DNA of 64,000 nt from positions 16,221-80,220 of the forward strand of contig DATJYN010000115.1 in the NCBI GenBank assembly GCA_035499575.1, read 5' to 3'. Below are positions 20,371 to 29,349 of the stretch, one piece after another (the first letter of the stretch is position 1; every line of letters starts with the position of its first letter). The stretch comes from Burkholderiales bacterium (GTDB lineage: Bacteria > Pseudomonadota > Gammaproteobacteria > Burkholderiales > SG8-39). The notes beneath the pieces were generated by a model that had not been told where the DNA came from, did not search any database, and saw only the letters and a program-made list of their open reading frames with translations. A program made the translations under genes and the position numbers.

Positions 20371-21102
20371 TTACCCCAGTTTGTAGCCGCGGTGTACCGC
20401 TACCGCGCCCGCGGCGAGATTGAAATATTCGACCTGCTCCAGCCCGGCTCGTTCCAGCATCGCCGCCAATGCCGCCTGGTCCGGATGCATGCGGATCGAT
20501 TCCGCAAGGTATCGGTAGGCGCCGGCGTCACCGGCCACCCGCTTTCCGAGCCAGGGCAGCACGTGGAAGGAATACAGGTCGTACGGTTTCCGCAACGGCT
20601 TCCATACCCGGGAAAACTCCAGCACCAGCAGCCGGCCGCCGGGCTTGAGTACGCGCACCATCTCCGCGAGCGCCACGTCCTTGTGTGTCATGTTGCGCAG
20701 GCCGAAACCCACGCTCACGCAATCGAAGCGCGCATCGCCGAAAGGCAGCCGCTCGGCGTCGCAGCGCGTCGCAGGGATCATCATCCCGGCGTCCAGCATC
20801 CGATCGCGGCCGCGCGCGAGCATCGGCGCGTTGATGTCGCTCATCCAGACTTCCGCGCCGCGCGCGGCGAAGGCGCGCGCCAGGTCGCCGCTGCCAGAGG
20901 CGACGTCGAGCACCCGTTCGCCGGGCCGGATGCGCGCCACCGACACCGTGAACGCCTTCCAGAGCCGGTGCAGGCCGAAAGACATCAGGTCGTTCATCAA
21001 ATCGTAGCGCCCGGCGACCCGGTCGAAGACCTCTTCCACGCGCTTTGCCTTTTCCCCGTCGGCAACGCGTTCATATCCGAAGTGCGTCTCACTCACGCGC
21101 AT
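20371..21102 (-). CDS. ubiE: Demethylmenaquinone/ubiquinone C-methyltransferase UbiE
   Basis: 243 aa with the SAM motif [12 protein letters not shown] and a full-length UbiE/MenG-like sequence (HRLWK, FGLRNMT). Confidence 0.95.
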   Translation of the reverse strand: MRVSETHFGYERVADGEKAKRVEEVFDRVAGRYDLMNDLMSFGLHRLWKAFTVSVARIRPGERVLDVASGSGDLARAFAARGAEVWMSDINAPMLARGRDRMLDAGMMIPATRCDAERLPFGDARFDCVSVGFGLRNMTHKDVALAEMVRVLKPGGRLLVLEFSRVWKPLRKPYDLYSFHVLPWLGKRVAGDAGAYRYLAESIRMHPDQAALAAMLERAGLEQVEYFNLAAGAVAVHRGYKLG

Positions 21103-21489
21103 TCACTCCCTGCTTGCACCCGCTCCGGCCAGCTTGACGAGATACTCCGCCCACAGGCGCTCCTGGTTCTCGCCCAGATGGTGGAGGTAATCCCAGGAAT
21201 AGATGCCGGTAGCGTGGCCGTCGGAGAACGCCGGCTGCACGGCGTAGGAGCCGACCGGCTCGAGCGAGCGTATATCCACCTTGCTTTTGCCCACCTGCAG
21301 CACTTCCTGGCCAGGGCCGTGGCCGCGCACTTCCGCCGAAGGCGAATACACGCGCAGGAATTCGTAGGGCAGCTTGAAGGTCTTGCCGTCGGAGAACGAG
21401 ATCTCCAGCAAGCGCGATTTCTGGTGCAACGTGATGCTGGACGGCACGGATGCCGTGGCGGCCGGCGCCCGGCCTGCTTCGCCGGACAC
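21103..21489 (-). CDS. DUF971 (gamma-butyrobetaine hydroxylase-like N-terminal domain) protein
   Basis: 128 aa, GTG start overlapping the upstream stop by 1 nt. LPYEFLRVYSPSAEV...GIYSWDYL matches the DUF971 family as recalled. Confidence 0.72.
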   Translation of the reverse strand: MSGEAGRAPAATASVPSSITLHQKSRLLEISFSDGKTFKLPYEFLRVYSPSAEVRGHGPGQEVLQVGKSKVDIRSLEPVGSYAVQPAFSDGHATGIYSWDYLHHLGENQERLWAEYLVKLAGAGASRE

Positions 21490-23096
21490 TAGGTGACCAT
21501 TTCGTAGCCGCAGCGCTCGTAGTCGCTGCCGCGGTCGATGACCTCGGTGAGCCGCACCCTGATGTGGCCTTCGACATAGACCTCGATCACGCGCTTGGGC
21601 TTGAACCAGCCTGCGGGCACCACCAGCGAGGGCGGCGCGTTCTGCGCGCTGACCCCGGTCAGCGACAGCGCCTGCAGGTATTTCGCACCCATCACGTTCA
21701 GGCCGGTCGGCCGCACCGCCGTGGCGGCCGGCAGGCCGGGCAGCAGCCGCACGCCGCAGAAAAGGTCGCCGGCGTCGTTCTGCATGAGCCAGCGCACCTG
21801 GCCCAGCATGAAGCTCTTGGAGTCCGCGGGGCGCACGCCGATCAGCTGGCCGTGGCTGTAGCGCTTGCCCGGGTTGCCGGCACGCCGGACCATCCGCAAT
21901 CCTTGCGAGCTCTCGTCCTCGATCTGCCAGTGCTCGAGCACGTAGCCGTGCACCACGCTGTAGTCGTCTTCTTCGCGCGTGCTGACGCGGCCGAAGGCGG
22001 CAATCTGGTCGCGCTGTGCGGCGGTGAGTTCCTTCGCTTCGCCGGGCTGCTTGAACACGTGTCCTGAGATGTAGTAATGGATCGCGCCCATGTCGTTACA
22101 GGCCTGCGCGACGTCGGTGACGCGCTTGCGCTCGGCGGCGCGCGGCTGCTTCGCCTGGCACCATTGGCGGTAGAGGAACACGAGCAGCTGCTCGCAGGAG
22201 GGCTGCACGCAGTCCTCTCCCAGCGCGAGCTTGGCGGGCGACTCGCCTTTGCGCAGCAGCCCGATCCGGTTGCGCAGGCTCTTGGCGAGGCGCTTGACGT
22301 CGAGGTAGCGCGGCTCTGCCGCCCGCGGACCCTCGCGCTCGGGGTACTGCTCGCTTTCCAGATCGACCACCAGCGGCGGAATGTCCTCCTCGGGCGCCTC
22401 GCGGCTGATCTCGACCTTTTCCGCCCAGCGCTCAAGCAGGAAGGCGGCAAAAGTAAGCTGGCGCTGGCTCAGCTCATTTGGGTTCGCCATGCCGAGCAGC
22501 AGCGCGCGCATGTAGGCGATGCGCGGCGAGGTCTCGTTGACATCGCGGTTCAGGTAATCCTTGACCGCGTCGTCGGCGACGCCAAGTTCCTCGGCGCGGG
22601 CATAGCCTTCGTGCAGTGCGCGCCATTCGCGCGACGGCACCTGGCGGTACGCACGATGATGGTGGAACATCTTCAGGCCGGTATAGGCGAGCACCCGCTG
22701 GCAGACCAGCGCCGCCTGCGCGGCCATGCCGGTTTCGTCGGCGCACACCGCCTGCAGGCAGTGCAGGTAGCCGAGGTGCATCTCCTCCCAGAGCGCCAGC
22801 GTGTCGTCGAACACTGTGCTCTCGGCCTCGGCCATCGGCAGCGCGCGATTGGTGAAGCGGCGCGCCTGCTCGATTTCGACGAACTGCACCGCCTCGCGCA
22901 GGGTTTCCAGCGCCGCCAGGCGGCTGATCGCCTTGGTAGCGTAGCGGTTGAATTCATGCAGTTGCGAGAGCAGCTGCTGTTGTGCCGCGGCGACATTAGC
23001 CAGCGGGACATTTTCCAGCCAAGCCTTGGCGCTCGCGGCATCGATGAACTCGGGCGCGGCGTTGGCGGCGAACTCGGGCAGGTCCAGGGCCTTCAT
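21489..23096 (-). CDS. Uncharacterised 535-aa protein with C-terminal PilZ-like signature (candidate c-di-GMP receptor)
   Basis: Residues 370-374 are RVSTR (RxxxR). Nineteen residues later, residues 394-399 are DESSQG followed by LRM (D-x-S-x-x-G-hydrophobic). A beta-rich C-terminus follows, and the approximately 360-aa helical N-terminal region has no recognised motif. Codon usage is clean. Confidence 0.65.
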   Translation of the reverse strand: MKALDLPEFAANAAPEFIDAASAKAWLENVPLANVAAAQQQLLSQLHEFNRYATKAISRLAALETLREAVQFVEIEQARRFTNRALPMAEAESTVFDDTLALWEEMHLGYLHCLQAVCADETGMAAQAALVCQRVLAYTGLKMFHHHRAYRQVPSREWRALHEGYARAEELGVADDAVKDYLNRDVNETSPRIAYMRALLLGMANPNELSQRQLTFAAFLLERWAEKVEISREAPEEDIPPLVVDLESEQYPEREGPRAAEPRYLDVKRLAKSLRNRIGLLRKGESPAKLALGEDCVQPSCEQLLVFLYRQWCQAKQPRAAERKRVTDVAQACNDMGAIHYYISGHVFKQPGEAKELTAAQRDQIAAFGRVSTREEDDYSVVHGYVLEHWQIEDESSQGLRMVRRAGNPGKRYSHGQLIGVRPADSKSFMLGQVRWLMQNDAGDLFCGVRLLPGLPAATAVRPTGLNVMGAKYLQALSLTGVSAQNAPPSLVVPAGWFKPKRVIEVYVEGHIRVRLTEVIDRGSDYERCGYEMVT

Positions 23097-23896
23097 GAGG
23101 GAATTGTAGGGGATTTGGGTGGTTCCACGCCGGCGGCGGCGCCTGCTTCAAATACGTCGCGGAAGCTCAGGTACGAGCTCGCAAACCACACCGGCAGCAG
23201 CGCCCAGACGACTGCAAACAGGGCCGTGTTCGCCTGCAGCGCGCTTCCCCCGAACAGCGTTGCGCCCGCGACCGCCAGCAGAAGCACGAACCCGAACAGC
23301 AGCGTCATGCCGGCGCCATACGCGACGAAAGCGCGCCAATTGATGAGCGCGGCGGCGGCGCTGAAGAATACGGCCTTGCCCGGCGTGACCTGCTTCCAGG
23401 CGACCAGCAGCGGCGCATACCAGAGCGCGCCCAGCAGCACCGTCTGCAAGCCCGCGCCGACGATCATCGCGAGCTGCAGCCCGGGATCCTGCAGGTCGTC
23501 GATTTCCATGCGAACCATCCCTGCCATCGCCTGCGCGAACAGACCACCGTCGGCCGGGATCGTGGCGCAGAGCACCACCAGCATCCCGGCCAGGTACACG
23601 CCGCCGAGCCGTAGCTGGGCCGGCAAGTTGCGGCGAAAGCCTGCAACCAGCAGCGCTGCGCCGGGCGGTGCGCCGCGCGAAGCCGCGCGCGCGATCGCGT
23701 GAGGGCCGACCAGCAGTGCGGGAACCAGCAGCCACACCAGGGCGAAGCCGATCGTCGGAATCGACAGCGCCAGCGTGAGAGCAAACAGGAAAGCGAGGGC
23801 GAACAGCAGCTGGCGCAGCGGCGCGACGCGGAAAATCACGAAGGCCTCCGCGATCCAGCGCAGGCCGGCGGCGGCGGCGAGCCGGTTGGCGCGCAT
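23093..23896 (-). CDS. Polytopic inner-membrane protein, unknown function (resembles BPSS1780 family as recalled)
   Basis: 267 aa with about 6 hydrophobic segments. ATGA overlap with the downstream 535-aa gene. Confidence 0.68.
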   Translation of the reverse strand: MRANRLAAAAGLRWIAEAFVIFRVAPLRQLLFALAFLFALTLALSIPTIGFALVWLLVPALLVGPHAIARAASRGAPPGAALLVAGFRRNLPAQLRLGGVYLAGMLVVLCATIPADGGLFAQAMAGMVRMEIDDLQDPGLQLAMIVGAGLQTVLLGALWYAPLLVAWKQVTPGKAVFFSAAAALINWRAFVAYGAGMTLLFGFVLLLAVAGATLFGGSALQANTALFAVVWALLPVWFASSYLSFRDVFEAGAAAGVEPPKSPTIPS

Positions 23897-23914
23897 GTCT
23901 TTAGCAGGCCCGCT

Positions 23915-24877
23915 TCACGCGGGTGCGGCCCAGGGCGCCTGCATGCCGGGTGCGGCGCGCAGCGCGAGGATGTCGCGGAAATGTTCCGGTTCGTGGACTT
24001 TCACCAGCTCGCCGGGCCGCGGCAGGTACTTGTCGTGCAGCCGGGAAAGCCAGAAGCGCAACGCAGCGGCGCGCAGCATCGCCGGCCAGGCCGCGCGCTC
24101 AGCGGCCTGCAGCGGACGCGCCGCCATGTATGCACCCAGCAGTGCCTGCGTGCGTGCTTCGTCCAGCCGGCGGTCGCGCTCCGGGTTTACCAGGCACCAG
24201 TCGTTGGCGCAGACCGCGAGGTCGTAGACAAAGCTATCGACGCCGGCGAAATAGAAATCGAAAACGCCGCTGATGCGCCCATCGCGGAATACCGCGTTGT
24301 CGCGGAATAGATCCGCGTGCACCGCCGCACGCGGAAGATCGGGAAAGCGCTGCTGCGCCTGGAAGCGCAGTTCTTCCTCGAGCAGCTCCCCGCGCGCCGC
24401 ATCCAGGAACGGCCGCACGTCGGCCGCCGCGTCACGCCACCACTTCGGCCCGCGCGGATTCTCCAGATAACCGTCGTACGAACACGCTGCGAGGTGCATG
24501 CGCGCGAGCAACTCGCCCAGTTCAGCGCAGTCGGCAGCATCTGGATTCTCGACCGACTTTCCTTCCAGCCGCGTGACCAGCGCCGCCGGCTTGCCGTTCA
24601 GGCTCGACAGAAAACGGTCGTTCAGGTCGGCGATCGGCGCCGGGCAGGGGATGCCATGGCGCGCGAGATGGGCCATCAGGTCGAGGTAGAACGGCAGTTC
24701 GGCAGCTGGCAGGCGCTCGAACAGCGTCAGCACGTAGCGCCCCTGGCCGGTGGTGACGAAGTAGTTGGTGTTCTCGATCCCCGCCGCGATCGGCTCGAGC
24801 GCGACCGGCACGCCGACCGAATAGTTTTTCAGCCAAGCGGCGAGCTGGCCGTCAGAGACTGGGGTGAAAACCGACAA
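23915..24877 (-). CDS. thrB: Homoserine kinase (APH-fold, Pseudomonas type)
   Basis: 320 aa with GIENTNYFV and the catalytic-loop HADLFRDN. Synteny polA / DUF2782 / thrB. Confidence 0.9.
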   Translation of the reverse strand: MSVFTPVSDGQLAAWLKNYSVGVPVALEPIAAGIENTNYFVTTGQGRYVLTLFERLPAAELPFYLDLMAHLARHGIPCPAPIADLNDRFLSSLNGKPAALVTRLEGKSVENPDAADCAELGELLARMHLAACSYDGYLENPRGPKWWRDAAADVRPFLDAARGELLEEELRFQAQQRFPDLPRAAVHADLFRDNAVFRDGRISGVFDFYFAGVDSFVYDLAVCANDWCLVNPERDRRLDEARTQALLGAYMAARPLQAAERAAWPAMLRAAALRFWLSRLHDKYLPRPGELVKVHEPEHFRDILALRAAPGMQAPWAAPA

Positions 24878-24906
24878 GCGGGAGTAACGTCAGCGGCCGG
24901 ACGACA

Positions 24907-25239
24907 TCAGTCGAAGGTCTTGATCGTCCACATCGGCACGCGTACGCCGGGGTCGAGCGAATCGCGCAGCGTCCAGTTGCCGTTGCCGAGAGGATCTACC
25001 AGGTAATAGGGCGCGCCGTTCGCCGGCGTGACCTTGATCATCACGATGCGCCCGCCGTCGCGCACCTCCTCGATCTTGTCGCCTTTCTGCGGCGCGATGC
25101 GCACGTTTGCGTCGTCCGCGCCCTCGCGGACCACCGGCGGCGGCGGCGCTTCGGGCAGCGGCTCGAGCTTGGGCGGCGGCTGTTGCGCGAGCACGCCCGC
25201 GGCGGCGGCCGACAGAGCCAGAAATAGAACGCGACGCAT
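24907..25239 (-). CDS. Secreted DUF2782-like protein
   Basis: 110 aa with a signal peptide (MRRVLFLALSAAAAGVLAQ). Conserved position between polA and thrB as recalled. Confidence 0.72.
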   Translation of the reverse strand: MRRVLFLALSAAAAGVLAQQPPPKLEPLPEAPPPPVVREGADDANVRIAPQKGDKIEEVRDGGRIVMIKVTPANGAPYYLVDPLGNGNWTLRDSLDPGVRVPMWTIKTFD

Positions 25240-25283
25240 GGGAGGATTCTACTCCACTAGAATAACGCGGAGCAGCGTCCCCG

Positions 25284-28001
25284 ATGCTCAATACTCTCCT
25301 GCTGGTCGACGGCTCTTCCTACCTGTACCGCGCGTTCCACGCGCTGCCCGAGCTGAAAAGCCCGCGCGGCGAGCCTACCGGCGCGATCCATGGCGTGCTC
25401 AACATGCTCAAGCGCCTGGCCGCCGATTATCCGGCTGCCGCGCGCGCCTGCGTTTTCGACGCCAAGGGAAAAACGTTCCGCGAGGACGCCTACCCCGCGT
25501 ACAAGGCAAACCGGCCGTCGATGCCGGAGGATCTCGCCGGCCAAATAGAGCCGCTGAAGGAAGCCGTGGCGGCGCTCGGCTGGCCGGTACTGACCGTGCC
25601 CGGCGTGGAAGCCGACGACGTGATCGCGACGCTCGCCGGGGAAGCCAAACGCGGGGGCTGGAGCTGCGTTATTTCCACGGGCGACAAGGATCTTGCGCAG
25701 CTCGTCGACGAGCAGGTGACGCTTGTCAACACCATGTCCAACGAAAAGCTCGACCCCGCGGGCGTGCGGCAGAAGTTCGGCGTCGCGCCCGAGCAGATCG
25801 TCGACTACCTCTCGCTTACGGGCGACGCCGTGGACAACGTTCCCGGGGTCGAAAAGGTCGGGCCGAAGACCGCCGCCAAATGGATCCAGAAGTACGGTTC
25901 GCTCGAACAGGTGATGGCGCATGCGGGCGAGATCCCCGGCGCGGTTGGCGAGAACCTGCGCAAGGCGCTCGATTGGCTTCCCAAGGGGCGCGAACTCCTG
26001 ACCGTGAAACGCGACGTGAAGCTGACCGTCGGGTTGGGCGATCTGGGCGCGAAGGATGCCGATGCGGGGAAACTCGCGGAATTTTTCGAGCGTTACGGCA
26101 TGAAGGCGATGCTGCGCGAAATCCAGGGCAATAAGGCGGCCGAACCATCCGCCACACCTTCCACCGCCGCCGATCCGGTAAATCCGCCCGAGGAGGCACG
26201 GCGTCGCAAGTATCTCTCCCTGCAGGGCGAAGATCTTCATGTATTCCTGAAGAAGCTGGCAAGCGCCGAGTTGGTCGGCTTCGATACCGAAACGACGGGC
26301 CTCGAGCCGATGCTCGCGCGCCTTGTGGGCATGTCCTTCGCTTTTGGCGAAACGGCCTGGTACCTGCCGCTCGCGCACGAATACCCCGGCGCGCCGGACC
26401 AGGCAGGCGCCGAAAAGGCGCTGCAGATCCTCAAGCCCTGGCTGGAGGGGGGGCGCCACCGCAAGGTCGGGCAGAACCTCAAGTTCGACGCCCATATTCT
26501 TGCCAACCACGGCGTGCGCCTGGGCGGCATTGCGCACGACACGCTGCTCGAGTCCTATGTCTACGAGGTACACGAGCGCCACGACATGGACTCGATGGCG
26601 GCGCGGCACCTCGGCTGGAAGACCATCACCTACGACGAGGTGACCGGCAAGGGCGCCTCGCGCATCTCCTTCTCCGCGGTCGATATCGCGCGCGCCACCC
26701 AGTACGCCGCCGAAGACGCGGATTTCGCGCTCGCCGTTCACGCCGTCCTCTACCCGAAGATTGCGGCGGACGAAAAGCTTAAATCCATCTACGAGCACAT
26801 CGAGATGCCGGTAATGCCCGTGCTCCTGCGGGTGGAGCGCAACGGGGTGCTGATCGACGGCGCCAAGCTGGAGGCGCAGAGCCACGAACTCGGCAAGGAA
26901 ATGCTGAAGAAGGAGCAGGACGCCTACGCGGCGGCCGGGCAGCCTTTCAATCTCAGCTCGCCCAAGCAGCTCGGCGAAATCCTGTTCGAGAAGCAGAAAC
27001 TGCCGGTCAAGAAGAAAACGCCCAAGGGCCAGCCCTCCACCGACGAGGACGTGCTCGCCGAGCTCGCGCTCGACTACCCGCTGCCGAAGCTGCTGCTCGA
27101 GTACCGCGGCCTCGCCAAGCTGAAGTCCACCTACACCGACAAACTGCCGCGCATGGTCGATCCGAACACGGGGCGCGTGCACACCACCTATTCCCAGGCG
27201 ACCGCGGTGACGGGACGGCTCGCCTCGAACGATCCCAACCTGCAGAACATCCCGATCCGCACGCCGCAGGGCCGGCGCATCCGCGAGGCTTTCATCGCGC
27301 CCGCGGGCAGCAAGATCATCTCCGCCGACTACTCGCAGATCGAGCTGCGCATCATGGCGCACCTGTCGGGCGACAAGGGGCTGTGCCATGCCTTCGAGCA
27401 TGGCCACGACGTGCACCAGGCCACCGCCGCCGAGGTATTCGGCGTGCCGCTCGACAAGGTGAGCAAGGACGAGCGCCGCACCGCCAAGGTGATCAACTTC
27501 GGCCTGATCTACGGCATGAGCGCGTTCGGTCTCGCGCAGAACCTCGGCATCGAGCGCGCCACCGCGCAGGCCTACATCGAGTCCTACTTCAACCGCTATC
27601 CGGGAGTGAAGAAATTCATGGACGAGACCCGGGAAAAGGCGCGCACGCTCGGCTACGTTGAAACCGTGTTCGGCCGGCGCCTGCGCCTGCCCGAGATCAA
27701 TTCAGGCTCGCCCGCGCGCCGCCAGGGCGCGGAGCGCGCCGCGATCAACGCGCCGATGCAGGGCACCGCCGCCGATCTCATCAAGCTGGCGATGATCGCC
27801 GTGCAGGAATGGCTGGACAGGAAAAAGATGAAGAGCTTGCTGATCATGCAGGTCCACGACGAACTGGTGCTGGAGGTTCCGGAGAAGGAGCTCGCCGACG
27901 TGAAGGAGAAGACGCGCGAGTTGATGCAAGGAGTCGCCAAGCTGCGCGTGCCCCTGATCGTCGACGTCGGCGTCGGGGAAAACTGGGACCAGGCGCACTA
28001 G
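25284..28001 (+). CDS. polA: DNA polymerase I
   Basis: 905 aa: 5'-nuclease, 3'-5' exonuclease and Pol domains. Motif A DYSQIELR, motif B RRTAKVINFGLIYG, motif C QVHDE. Confidence 0.97.
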   Translation: MLNTLLLVDGSSYLYRAFHALPELKSPRGEPTGAIHGVLNMLKRLAADYPAAARACVFDAKGKTFREDAYPAYKANRPSMPEDLAGQIEPLKEAVAALGWPVLTVPGVEADDVIATLAGEAKRGGWSCVISTGDKDLAQLVDEQVTLVNTMSNEKLDPAGVRQKFGVAPEQIVDYLSLTGDAVDNVPGVEKVGPKTAAKWIQKYGSLEQVMAHAGEIPGAVGENLRKALDWLPKGRELLTVKRDVKLTVGLGDLGAKDADAGKLAEFFERYGMKAMLREIQGNKAAEPSATPSTAADPVNPPEEARRRKYLSLQGEDLHVFLKKLASAELVGFDTETTGLEPMLARLVGMSFAFGETAWYLPLAHEYPGAPDQAGAEKALQILKPWLEGGRHRKVGQNLKFDAHILANHGVRLGGIAHDTLLESYVYEVHERHDMDSMAARHLGWKTITYDEVTGKGASRISFSAVDIARATQYAAEDADFALAVHAVLYPKIAADEKLKSIYEHIEMPVMPVLLRVERNGVLIDGAKLEAQSHELGKEMLKKEQDAYAAAGQPFNLSSPKQLGEILFEKQKLPVKKKTPKGQPSTDEDVLAELALDYPLPKLLLEYRGLAKLKSTYTDKLPRMVDPNTGRVHTTYSQATAVTGRLASNDPNLQNIPIRTPQGRRIREAFIAPAGSKIISADYSQIELRIMAHLSGDKGLCHAFEHGHDVHQATAAEVFGVPLDKVSKDERRTAKVINFGLIYGMSAFGLAQNLGIERATAQAYIESYFNRYPGVKKFMDETREKARTLGYVETVFGRRLRLPEINSGSPARRQGAERAAINAPMQGTAADLIKLAMIAVQEWLDRKKMKSLLIMQVHDELVLEVPEKELADVKEKTRELMQGVAKLRVPLIVDVGVGENWDQAH

Positions 28002-28016
28002 GCGCCGAGCCTCAGG

Positions 28017-28715
28017 CTACTTCAACGCGCCAAACACCTTCTTGATGATGTCGCTGCCCGCCTGCACCGGATTCTGGCGGATCTTCTTCTCTTCCTCGGC
28101 GACCATGTAGAACAGGCCGTCGAGCGACTTCTGCGTCACGTAGTCGTCCAGGTTGGCCTGGTCCTTCTTGATCAGCCCGAATTGCGCGCCCTTCTGCGCG
28201 TACTGGTTGTACTTGTCCGCGAGCTTCACCTTGGCGGTCGCCTGCTTGACGATCGGCAAGAATTTCTCGCGCAGCTGGTCGCTGGTCGTGCGCTTGAAGT
28301 AATCGGTACCCGAGGTCTGGCCGCCGGTGAGGATGCCCTTGGCGTCCTGCACGCTCATCTTCTTGATCGACTCGGTGAACAGCTTTTTCGCTTCCGGCAC
28401 CGCCTGTTCGGCCGCCCGGTTCATGGTCAATACCAGTTCGTCGGCGTATTTGCCCATGCCGACGGTGTGCATGAGCTTTTCGTACTTCTTCAGCGAATCG
28501 GGTAGCGGGATTTTCACCGCGCTGTTGCCGAAGAAGCCGTCGGTCTTGCCGAGAGAGTCGACTGCCGCGCCGGCGCCCTTCTCAAGCGCCGCCTTTAAGC
28601 CGGAAGCCGCGTCCTGGTTGCTGAGCGCATCGAGGTTTGCCTGCGCCGGCATCGTCCAGCCCAGCAGTAGCGCGAGGAACAGGGGAATACCGCGAGCGGT
28701 CATGGCGTCCTCCAA
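28017..28715 (-). CDS. Secreted DUF4197-like protein
   Basis: 232 aa with a signal peptide ending PAQA. Lys-rich soluble protein. The start may be the second Met (28703). Confidence 0.72.
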   Translation of the reverse strand: MEDAMTARGIPLFLALLLGWTMPAQANLDALSNQDAASGLKAALEKGAGAAVDSLGKTDGFFGNSAVKIPLPDSLKKYEKLMHTVGMGKYADELVLTMNRAAEQAVPEAKKLFTESIKKMSVQDAKGILTGGQTSGTDYFKRTTSDQLREKFLPIVKQATAKVKLADKYNQYAQKGAQFGLIKKDQANLDDYVTQKSLDGLFYMVAEEEKKIRQNPVQAGSDIIKKVFGALK

Positions 28716-28828
28716 GTGAACTAGCGCGCAAGCTTATCCCGAAAACCTGTCGCCTGAGAGCGACGAATTTGCCGTTTTCCGGCCCTGCCCCCTACGCTAA
28801 TGCCTTGATGTTCGTGGGAATGGGCTGG

Positions 28829-28844
28829 TGGCACGGCGGTTGCA
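28829..28844 (+). promoter_or_regulatory. Sigma-54 (RpoN) -24/-12 promoter upstream of the EF-hand/BON gene
   Basis: TGGCACGGCGGTTGCA matches the consensus TGGCACG-N4-TTGCA at every specified position, with GG and GC spaced correctly. It lies 35 nt upstream of the ATG at 28879, leaving room for a short leader with SD AAGGAG (28867-28872). Confidence 0.72.
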
Positions 28845-28878
28845 GATAGTCCGGTGTCTTCCACGAAAGGAGAATTCG

Positions 28879-29349
28879 ATGAAATTCCATCGTGCAATAC
28901 CCGCGGCCGCCATTTCGCTGGCGCTCTATGCGGTTGCCGCGCATGCAGTCGACAACAACACGAAGTTCGACCAGCTGGACAAGAACCACGACGGTGTCCT
29001 GACGCAGGACGAGGTACGCGGCATCCCCGACTATGCGCGCGCCTTCATCGAGGCCGACGAGAACAAGGATGGCAAGCTCGATCGCACGGAGTTCGTCAAG
29101 GCCGAGGCGATCCACGACCGCATCGCCGCGGGCAAGTACGTGAACGACAGCGTCATCACCGCCAAGGTGAAGGCGGCGCTGCTGAAAGAGCCCGACCTGA
29201 AATCGCTCGACGTCAGCGTCGAAACGCAGCGCGGCGAAGTGCTGCTGTCGGGCTTCGTCAAGGACGAAGTCCAGAAGCGGAAGGCAATGAAGGTCGCCAT
29301 CGCGGTGAGCGGCGTCGCGTCGGTGAAAGACGCGATGGTGGTGCGCTAA
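28879..29349 (+). CDS. Secreted protein with two EF-hand Ca2+-binding loops and a BON domain
   Basis: Start at [23 protein letters not shown] (signal peptide) after SD AAGGAG. It has two canonical 12-residue EF loops, [12 protein letters not shown] and [12 protein letters not shown]. The C-terminal BON-like segment is [11 protein letters not shown]...[18 protein letters not shown]...[10 protein letters not shown]. Confidence 0.82.
   Translation: MKFHRAIPAAAISLALYAVAAHAVDNNTKFDQLDKNHDGVLTQDEVRGIPDYARAFIEADENKDGKLDRTEFVKAEAIHDRIAAGKYVNDSVITAKVKAALLKEPDLKSLDVSVETQRGEVLLSGFVKDEVQKRKAMKVAIAVSGVASVKDAMVVR

Noticed and set aside
25257-27416. 719-aa minus-strand ORF antisense to polA
   Set aside because: This is the same GC artefact. 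polA on the plus strand has all polymerase motifs, and the antisense product is low-complexity.
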